64,000 nt of DNA from Sphaerodactylus townsendi (lineage: Eukaryota): contig NC_059430.1 in the NCBI RefSeq assembly GCF_021028975.2, positions 37,448,001-37,512,000 of the forward strand, given 5' to 3'. Positions 58,601 through 64,000 of the stretch are shown piece by piece. Positions within the stretch are counted from its first letter, which is position 1, and each line of letters starts with the position of its first letter. The translations under genes were made by a program, and so were the position numbers. The notes beneath the pieces were generated by a model. The model was given only the letters and a program-made list of their open reading frames with translations. It did no database searches and was not told the DNA's origin.

Positions 58601-60015
58601 AGGGTAAGAGGGTTAATGTATTGTATGTGTTGAAACAATTGTTGGAAACTGTTCTGTGTGTGCATGTCTTGCACCAAAATATCAAAAAGAGACACATGAG
58701 ACTTCTGAATTTCCATGAGAAAAGGTGGGTGTAGACATTTTCGAATATGGCTCCTCCTCATTCCTTCTTGTGATAGATTATTTTTCAAAGTATCTAGAGG
58801 TATTGACCTTACCTGATAAGACTGCAAGAACTATGCTTGCAAACCTTAAGGCTGTGTTTGCTCTTTGTGGCATTCCTAAGATAGCAAATTATGTATTTTG
58901 CTACGTGAGAGTTTCAGCAGTTTGCTCGTGATTGGGGCTTTGAGCAATGTTTTAGTAGCCCAGGGTACTCACAATCAAATGGGATGGTTGAAACAGCTTA
59001 TTTAAAAGACAAAAGATGCTCAGAGGTAACCACATTTGCATTGATGGAATGTTGAAAAACATCTGTTACTGGAATGTTGTATTCTCTATCTCAGATGCAT
59101 CATCTGCTAAAGAACCTGATGTGAAATGTGATGAGCCTTATAGTATAGTCCAGTGGGGATATGGAAGATATTAGTCAGAATAACAATGTATTTTGTGAGA
59201 CACATGTTCTTCAGGCTGAAGAAAGGCATCCTGTATATGTAACATCCAACTTCTGACACCATGCAGTATCTTTATATCAGATGAGGGCATAAAGGATATT
59301 TATGAAGTATTCAGGCATCCTACACAGCAAACAGTTCAGTTTGTTAATGTCTTGAAAAGCTTCCTTCAAGGCTACACATAGAATGAGGCTGACTGCCCAG
59401 AAAATACTAGAGTAATCAATACTTTACACCTGTGCTAGGAGATTGCTCCTGTTAAAGGGACATTATACCACAGGTGTGATGTCATAATCCTGCCATTGGA
59501 TGTGTGAACTGGCTCCACTGAAGAGTATTGTGTTTTAACTGTTAACGACAGTTGTGGGATCATGGGTGTTGGAATCTTTCAGTGGTGGAAGTTGGGAGAA
59601 ATAGATAAGTATAGAATATTAGCAGCTTGTTTGGCAATATATTTCATCCACATGCTTTCATGAAGTTACAATGCCAGAAAATATTACAGAAACTTGGGGG
59701 GGAAATGTAATATACTTTTCACATGAGAGCATTTATGGTTCTGGAAAGGCCTTGGTTCTACACTCTTTTCAGCAACAGCATGACCCTTCATTCTGACTTT
59801 ATTCTCCTTCAGACCTTTGTGTTGATTACCTGGTGAGCATGATGTTCTTGTTCATCTGTGTGTTTGAGCTAAGTTCTGAGATACTTCTGTGGACCCTGCA
59901 AGGATGTTGAATTCTTCTTCTGTTTTTTTTCCCTTATTCCAGAACCAGCATTACTCGAGATCCTTTCTATGACCTAGTTGCAGCTCGTAAGAAAAAGATT
60001 GCCAACAAAAAATGA
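16735..60015 (+). CDS. CYTH4: Cytohesin-4 (coiled-coil, Sec7, PH, polybasic ARF-GEF), complete 13-exon gene span
   Basis: 13 GT-AG exons of 19+83+65+67+119+81+113+149+112+77+72+155+73 = 1185 nt give 394 aa plus stop with compatible phases. Includes Sec7 FRLPGE glutamic finger, [16 protein letters not shown], and the CYTH4-type N-terminus MDVCPT and VEGKH. Confidence 0.96.
17149..17220. repeat. 26-bp tandem repeat, about 2.7 copies
   Basis: Repeated unit tgtttcagtgaattaaatgaattaaa. Confidence 0.85.
17962..18098. mobile_element. Palindromic hAT MITE inserted in a 5S-derived SINE
   Basis: Near-perfect hairpin; TSD acctatgg/ccctatgg. Confidence 0.85.
18651..18842. mobile_element. hAT-type MITE
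   Basis: 8-bp TSD GAGAGGTC; CAG...CTG termini. Confidence 0.75.
19295..19560 (-). mobile_element. Penelope 3' fragment with a nested hAT MITE (about 19377-19517)
   Basis: Same terminal sequence family as 20030-20290; MITE TSD gttttaga/gttttagg. Confidence 0.6.
20030..20290. mobile_element. Head-to-head (inverted) pair of Penelope 3' ends
   Basis: 20030-20140 is the reverse complement of 20155-20265; contains the ctgaagatgcc core remnant. Confidence 0.7.
20527..21095 (+). mobile_element. Squam3-like tRNA-derived SINE with a second SINE of related type nested at about 20608-20887
   Basis: A-box TGGTGTAGTGGTT, B-box-like GGTTTGATTCC, L2-like tail, (TTC)n ends. Confidence 0.75.
22360..23220 (+). 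mobile_element. CR1 LINE 3' fragment
   Basis: [29 protein letters not shown]; ends in a GATTCTATG repeat remnant. Confidence 0.9.
25071..25153 (+). CDS. CYTH4: CYTH4 exon 2 ([28 protein letters not shown])
   Basis: ttccttccag| ... CAG|gtaaga; 83 nt; coiled-coil LLEDIQ. Confidence 0.92.
25792..26271. mobile_element. hAT-type non-autonomous element with internal GC-rich repeats
   Basis: CAGTGGTGGATTC ... GAATCCCACCATT termini; TSD tttggatg/tctggatg. Confidence 0.65.
27020..27268 (+). mobile_element. Squam3-like SINE
   Basis: Near-identical to the inner SINE at 20608-20887; (TTC)n tail. Confidence 0.75.
27482..27619. mobile_element. hAT MITE inserted in the head of a tRNA-derived SINE (about 27458-27770)
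   Basis: Perfect 8-bp TSD TGCTAGAG; TIR CAGGGGTCTGCAACCTG. Confidence 0.88.
28025..28089 (+). CDS. CYTH4: CYTH4 exon 3 ([21 protein letters not shown])
   Basis: Polypyrimidine tract plus acag| ... AG|gtgagg; 65 nt. Confidence 0.93.
28150..28487 (+). mobile_element. Possible solo LTR
   Basis: TATAAA near 28288, AATAAA near 28446, ends ...CCCAGACA. Boundaries and TSD not established. Confidence 0.25.
29232..29298 (+). CDS. CYTH4: CYTH4 exon 4 ([22 protein letters not shown])
   Basis: tttgcag| ... AAG|gtacaa; 67 nt; Sec7 start GRKKFNMDP. Confidence 0.95.
29457..29524. repeat. (GCCCT)n microsatellite, about 13 units
   Basis: Perfect pentanucleotide array. Confidence 0.95.
30960..31078 (+). 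mobile_element. Penelope (Neptune-type) 3' end remnant
   Basis: gactctcaaaagcttat...ctctaaggtgccac terminal motif; related inverted pair at 62030-62268. Confidence 0.55.
32480..32617. mobile_element. Palindromic hAT MITE just upstream of exon 5
   Basis: CAGAGGTCTTCAAACTATGGC / GCCATAGTTTGAAGACCCCTG TIRs; agctaga flanks. Confidence 0.8.
32680..32798 (+). CDS. CYTH4: CYTH4 exon 5 ([40 protein letters not shown])
   Basis: aagcag| ... AG|gtgagt; 119 nt; Sec7. Confidence 0.96.
33185..33651. mobile_element. MITE with CAGCCCAAT TIRs (PIF/Harbinger-like)
   Basis: cagcccaatct ... aattgggctg termini. Confidence 0.5.
33753..33833 (+). CDS. CYTH4: CYTH4 exon 6 ([27 protein letters not shown])
   Basis: ttcttccag| ... 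AG|gtgagt; 81 nt. Confidence 0.96.
34578..34750. mobile_element. Inverted pair of Penelope 3' ends, degenerate
   Basis: tttctgggctgtatggccgtgg ... cacagcccagaaaaccc arms. Confidence 0.6.
36040..36067. repeat. (GT)n microsatellite
   Basis: Visible directly. Confidence 0.9.
36232..36669 (+). mobile_element. 5'-truncated Penelope (Poseidon-type) element: endonuclease C-terminus plus 3' UTR, inserted in a 5S-derived SINE
   Basis: Encodes [30 protein letters not shown] (PLE GIY-YIG tail); flanked by CAAGCAGAG direct repeats (36227-36235 and 36670-36678). Confidence 0.85.
36577..36619 (+). ncRNA. Minimal type I hammerhead ribozyme motif (PLE-associated)
   Basis: Stem I TCCT/AGGA; core CTGAAGA(T); stem II GCC/GGC; GAAA; palindromic ACGT stem III; GTC cleavage triplet ending at 36615. 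Confidence 0.7.
37287..37399 (+). CDS. CYTH4: CYTH4 exon 7 ([37 protein letters not shown]), catalytic glutamic finger
   Basis: ttcacag| ... G|gtaact; 113 nt; FRLPGE motif. Confidence 0.97.
37897..38042. mobile_element. Palindromic hAT MITE
   Basis: Perfect 8-bp TSD CTCTATGG; same family as 17962-18098. Confidence 0.88.
39472..39590 (+). mobile_element. 5S rRNA-derived SINE (SINE3) head; other copies near 17865 (+), 36690 (-), 47600-47780 (-), 54590-54785 (-)
   Basis: gatcttggaagctaagccgggttag...gaatgggagacc aligns with the 5S internal control region, then runs into non-5S body sequence. Confidence 0.7.
39600..41290 (-). mobile_element. Decayed non-LTR retrotransposon (RT plus C-terminal Cys/His motif; RTE-X/Crack-like) with nested MITEs at about 40140-40277 and 40760-40900
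   Basis: Minus-strand DD...[11 protein letters not shown]....L.LN, FKYFG, and C.CG...[10 protein letters not shown]. Confidence 0.7.
40760..40900. mobile_element. PIF/Harbinger-like palindromic MITE
   Basis: GGCCCCTTCCACACATGCAGAATAATGCAC ... GTGCATTATTCTGCATGTGCAGAAGGGGC. Confidence 0.7.
41747..41940. mobile_element. hAT-type MITE
   Basis: CAGAGGTGTAGC / GCTACACCTCTG TIRs; TSD gatgagga/gctgagga. Confidence 0.85.
42349..42497 (+). CDS. CYTH4: CYTH4 exon 8 ([50 protein letters not shown])
   Basis: ttggtag| ... AGG|gtaaga; 149 nt; [10 protein letters not shown] Sec7 motif 2. Confidence 0.97.
44137..44762 (+). mobile_element. Young CR1 LINE 3' fragment with an open ORF2 end and 3' UTR
   Basis: [25 protein letters not shown]...[20 protein letters not shown]; ends in (TTCTTATG)2. 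Confidence 0.92.
44989..47103. mobile_element. Large non-autonomous fold-back hAT element interrupted by a LINE
   Basis: Perfect 8-bp TSD CCCTTTTC (44981-44988 and 47104-47111); imperfect TIRs CACTGGCATAAT / GTTACGCCCCTG; internal palindrome centred near 45644. Confidence 0.85.
46032..46826 (-). mobile_element. 5'-truncated LINE 3' fragment (RTE-X/Crack-like) nested in the hAT element
   Basis: TSD CTCCCATTG (46023-46031 and 46827-46835); minus-strand [19 protein letters not shown]...[14 protein letters not shown]. Confidence 0.8.
49713..49824 (+). CDS. CYTH4: CYTH4 exon 9 ([37 protein letters not shown])
   Basis: gcggcag| ... G|gtaatg; 112 nt; Sec7-PH linker. Confidence 0.97.
50667..50743 (+). 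CDS. CYTH4: CYTH4 exon 10 ([26 protein letters not shown]); direct splicing gives the diglycine PH form
   Basis: cctgtag| ... ACG|gtaatg; 77 nt. Confidence 0.97.
51266..51761. mobile_element. CpG-rich PIF/Harbinger-like MITE in intron 10
   Basis: TIRs GGCCGTTTCTGCAC / GTGCAGATACGGCC; 3-bp TSD CTC. Confidence 0.75.
51913..51984 (+). CDS. CYTH4: CYTH4 exon 11 ([24 protein letters not shown])
   Basis: ttttccag| ... CCA|gtaagc; 72 nt. Confidence 0.96.
52217..52352. mobile_element. hAT-type MITE
   Basis: 8-bp TSD CCCAGGGA; same family as 8543. Confidence 0.85.
53313..53480. mobile_element. hAT-type MITE
   Basis: 8-bp TSD GACAGAAC; related to 41747. Confidence 0.8.
55619..55660. repeat. (CACG)n(CA)n compound microsatellite about 50 bp upstream of exon 12
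   Basis: Visible directly. Confidence 0.9.
55710..55864 (+). CDS. CYTH4: CYTH4 exon 12 ([52 protein letters not shown])
   Basis: cccttag| ... AG|gtaagg; 155 nt. Confidence 0.97.
56480..56970 (+). mobile_element. Old L2 3' fragment
   Basis: Degenerate L2 ORF2 end (gattagattgttgcaatgtgct; gagacctttt...gtagc). Confidence 0.45.
57540..59080 (+). pseudogene. Decayed Ty3/Gypsy pol remnant (RT end, RNase H, integrase; canonical order) in intron 12
   Basis: [13 protein letters not shown]..., [25 protein letters not shown]....[18 protein letters not shown]; many stops and frameshifts; no LTRs seen. Confidence 0.85.
59943..60015 (+). CDS. CYTH4: CYTH4 exon 13, coding part ([23 protein letters not shown])
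   Basis: ttattccag|; polybasic C-terminus; TGA at 60013-60015. Confidence 0.96.
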
Positions 60016-61833
60016 TCTACCGTCTTAGTTTCCTAATGTTTAACTTTAAGAAAAAGACTTCCTCAGAGTTCTTTCAAGGAAGAAACTTGTGGTACCCCAG
60101 CTTCCTGTCTGAAACAGGAATAGGACTGGTGAACTGGACTACATCTTTCTATTTCCAGAGCCAGAATCTGAAGAAACGGACACAATTTTCAGGAATTACG
60201 GCTCTCTTGTATTTGCAGAAAACAAATGTAACAGCTTCTGAACATCCCCTGACATTTTATGCATCATACAAAACAGGGTTAGATGCTTGTGATCCCTTGA
60301 TCGTGGATCTAGGTCTACATCAGCAGATCAGAAGGAACTTGGAAAGAGATGCAGCTGCCATGTCTTTATATTTTAAAGAACTGAGACAAGAAGACCAGCA
60401 TGTCTGTGAGTGGATGGCCATTCAACTCCCCAATGAGGCGGGAGAAGCTTGCTTACGTGGAATCCTCTCCAGCTTGTTCTGGGATCTCCTAAATAATTGT
60501 ACAAATCGGAGTGTTCCCTAGTATGTCGCACAGAATGAGGGAATCATTGAATTCTGATTCAAAGGGCAGAGGTCACCTGGAGGAGTAAAGGGACATGGTG
60601 CACTGTGGTGGGGTCTGGCAAGAGGAAGCACTTCTGTATTATTTGCTCATAGGGCCTGAAAGTGTGAACTGCTGCCAACCAAGGCAACTTTAATGCTGAA
60701 GTGTGGATTCTCAGGACAGAAGCTTCCAGCCATCTTGGCTCTAAAATGACAATTCAGGGAGTGGGCAGTTCTTACGTTCATTGAGCTGGCTGCCGCATCA
60801 ATGCAGAAGCCGATGGGGAAAGCGGTTAGTCAAGGGATTAGTAATACACTTAAAGGACAGACCCATCCAGTGAATCAAGAACTGAATTTTGGACTGGGAG
60901 GCTTGCATTCAAGCTCAATTTCTGTTACAACTCACGCCATGTCCTCAGACAACTCGTTCCCTATTGGCTGGCTTCAGTCTCTCATCTGTGAAATGAGCAT
61001 TCAGAAATATCCTGGTTCAGTGGGAGCAAACATGATAACTACTCTGTAAAGCTCTTTGTGAAGCAGAAATGCTATATAAATGGTAAATTGGGGAGGGGGG
61101 GTAGTTGGCACAGAATGATAAAAAATGATGTTTTGAAAACTCAAAAGCAAAGGGATGCAAAAATGTCTAATGCATCAACACACACGCTCAAAGCCTAAAG
61201 GATGGACAAATGCCAATTTTTTAGAAAAAAATAAAAATGGGGAAAAACATCTTACAGCCTTTGCCACTTTCAGACTGGTTTTGTTTTATCAACACCAAAC
61301 AGAAGCAGTCGGCATGCTGAATTGCTGTGGTTCTCATTCTTTATAATAATGAGTCCCAGCTGCATAATTTTATTGGTCATATTTATCACCTATCTGGTTT
61401 TAAATTAGCTTGACAACACTTAAGGATGCAGAAAAGGAAGCCTGGAGGGTAAGAACCTAAATTTAGGCCTCCATTTCAAATCCTCTCTTTGCCACGAACT
61501 CCCTGAGAGATCTTGAGTAAATCTTTGAACCTGTGAACTTGGAGTTTTACTGTCCAACCAAAGGGGATTTTTGTGAGACGTACAAGAGAAGCACTGTAAA
61601 ACTCACTAAAACTCTATAGATGTGAGAGATCATATTGGTCATAATTAAGCCTTTTTTATACACTCCAATTCCATGAAAATTCAAGGCGGGGGGACGAATG
61701 CAAAAAGGAACACATAACTGACAGTGTCATCCTTAGCAGAGTGTAAAGGCAGTCGCAGATGGGCATAGGAGGGTGAAACTGCATCTAGGATTGCACTAGG
61801 AATTTCCTAGGATTTTCTGCCTTTTTAAAATGA

Positions 61834-61839
61834 AATAAA
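61834..61839 (+). terminator. Candidate CYTH4 polyadenylation signal AATAAA
   Basis: AATAAA followed by GT-rich sequence; another AATAAA occurs near 61230. Confidence 0.3.
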
Positions 61840-62029
61840 TGTAGTGTCCTCATGGCAGAAATGATAGACTTGTTGGTATGTGTGAATTGCCAGCTAAAAT
61901 AACATCAGCAGCAGCAGCAGCAGCAATGTAGAGGTTGCTAGGTAAGACTTCTGGTGTTCAGCATGGGGTTGCAACAACCTTGCAGAGCTCTTTCTCTGAC
62001 TGACAACTAGCAAGCTTGAATATACTCTC

Positions 62030-62268
62030 AGAGGGTGGCTGTGTTGGTCTGCAGTAGATCAGCTAGACTAGAATCTAGTAGCACCTTAGAGACCAACATG
62101 AGTTTCAGGGTATAAGCTTTTGAGAGTCAAATCTCCCTTCCTTAAGATACAAAATCTCATATTCGACGAAGGGAACTGACTCTTGAAAGCTCAACACCCC
62201 CCCCCCACACACACACACACACATTTTTGTTGGCCTCTATGGTGCTACCAGATTTGAATCTAACTGTT
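62030..62268. mobile_element. Inverted pair of Penelope (Neptune-type) 3' ends
   Basis: gtagcaccttagagaccaac...aagcttttgagagtc mirrored by gactcttgaaagct...gttggcctctatggtgctac. Confidence 0.6.
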
Positions 62269-62628
62269 CAAACCTGGATAGGTTATCTGAAAGCAAGACA
62301 TTTTGCCACTCTGCTCCGTTCGCATGATCAATACAAATTGCACACTGCAATTTTCCTCGCTGCAGAGTTTGGGTTACCTAGGTGTAGGCTGTTTATTTTT
62401 AAAATAGTGGCGTATCTATGATGCATTCAGAGGTCAAGATGTTGTCATGTAACAAATTATGGCGAGTTAGCAAGATGTACAAAACAAATCCTGATTTATG
62501 CAAGCAGTCTGGTGTTTTATGTTTCTTGCCTCCTCAGTTGCCTCCCTGTAGAAGCCCCATAGGCTACCCCAAATGTCTCAGCCTTGCCTGTCCCTGCTCA
62601 TAATGCTTATTATGTGAAGGGCATAGAA

Positions 62629-62744
62629 CATGGGTCTGCAACCTGCGGCTCTCCAGATGTTCATGACCAATTGGCCATGGTGGCAGGGGCTGATGGGAAT
62701 TGTAGTCCATGAACATCTGGAGAGCTGCAGGTTGCAGACACCTG
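62629..62744. mobile_element. hAT MITE
   Basis: Perfect 8-bp TSD GCATAGAA; same family as 27482 and 15769. Confidence 0.88.
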
Positions 62745-63861
62745 GCATAGAACAAGTAAATGTGAGAAAGAGAGCACAACATTCACATACACTGAATACC
62801 TTGGGAATTCTTCCTCTTTCTTTTTCAGTGGCTTCCTCTTACCCTGATCTCCTAGTTGCTTGCTCTTTCTAGTTTGTTATAGTACCATTTCCAGTGCCCT
62901 GACATTCCTTATCCACCCTCCTTATCTGAACTGCAATCCCTCCCAGCTGGAATTTCTCACCTTTCTTCCTGAAGGGGGCTCTGTCCACAAGGAAATCTTC
63001 AGCCAGCACTGCGCAGCCAGTTCATTTACCTTTTTTTCCCCTTCTTCTTCTGCCAATGCAACAGGGCAGTTGAATTAATTCCAACAGGCAGAGAGAGGAT
63101 GTATCTGCAAGTCAAGGCACGTGCAGACCTGCAAGGAAGAACATGGAGGTTTTCTCCTAATGATGGTAGCGTGCGGGTTTTTCTTTCCTGTAATGAGATT
63201 GATGCACTCAGGATTTTGTTTTATTCCTTATATATTTAGCGCATGTCATGGGCCTCCCTCTGGCAAGGGAATAAAGTGCCGCCCCTCCCACAAGCACAGC
63301 AGTAGAAATCCCTGAGGATTCCAGGCATGGTAATAACAGGAGGGAGGGTCAGAACATTTTGCTCATCTGGAAATGAATCCTCTGAATATATGGGAAAGGT
63401 GGACGACGCCAGCAGTTTGCTCGCCAGCCTGGCACCCAACCAGATGATCTTCGGAATGTCTGTGTGCTGCTTGGTTTTGGATTCTTTGGAAGCTGCACAA
63501 TGAGAGTCTATTCTTAAGGGTACAGCAATCCACTTGTGGTTCTTTTGCACCTCCCCAGAAACTGTCTTCAAAGTTCATTCTGGCTAGAATGAAATCCACT
63601 TCCAAATCTTGCTTTCCACTGCAAGGCACGCTGACTTTCTAAGCGTCATTTTGCCAGGGCTCACACTCACCTGAAGGGCAACAAGTCAATAAGCAGCAGC
63701 ATGTCAGGCAGAAATTCAACCAATGAAGTTTCCCCCATCTCTGCATCTCTATGGCAAGAAATGCTTTACCTGGTGAATTTTTGCATGTTGCACAGCTGTC
63801 AAAAGGCACAAAAATATATATTGTAATAATCAAGACACACCATAAAACAGAACATAACCTT

Positions 63862-64000
63862 GGGTGCTGTGTGGTTTCCGGGCTGTATGGCCGTGTTCTA
63901 GCAGCATTCTCTCCTGACATTTCGCCTGCATCTGTGGCTGGCATCTTCAGAGGATCCTGCATCTGTGGCTGGCATCTTCAGAGGATCCATACAGCCTGGA
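63862..64000 (-). mobile_element. Penelope 3' end with a 31-bp tandem duplication; runs off the window
   Basis: Same sequence as 108-205; ctgcatctgtggctggcatcttcagaggatc occurs twice. Confidence 0.75.

Noticed and set aside
63200-63640. Exon or 3' end of a downstream gene (ELFN2 follows CYTH4 in human)
   Set aside because: No recognisable coding similarity or splice structure in the window.

Overview
Eukaryotic vertebrate DNA. The repeat content (Squam3-like SINEs with (TTC)n tails, 5S-derived SINEs, Penelope, CR1, L2, hAT MITEs) points to a squamate, probably a gecko. The window holds coding exon 1 of RAC2 on the minus strand (1236-1270) and, divergently transcribed, a complete 13-exon CYTH4 (cytohesin-4, ARF-GEF) gene on the plus strand (16735-60015; 1185 nt spliced CDS, 394 aa; all introns GT-AG). 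This matches the head-to-head RAC2/CYTH4 arrangement known in human. Main points of interest: (1) An internally deleted Gmr1-type Gypsy LTR element (10021-13185) with an open gag-head/IN-C-terminus/RT/RNase H fusion ORF. It is flanked by a 147-bp host duplication instead of a 4-6 bp TSD and keeps an apparently unprocessed right end. (2) Penelope 3' ends carrying minimal hammerhead ribozyme motifs, one intact in the sense strand of CYTH4 intron 6. (3) A multi-level fold-back hAT element in intron 8. (4) An Arg-to-Leu change at a phosphoinositide-contacting position of the CYTH4 PH domain. Repeat family names come from recognised sequence and motifs, not from database searches.
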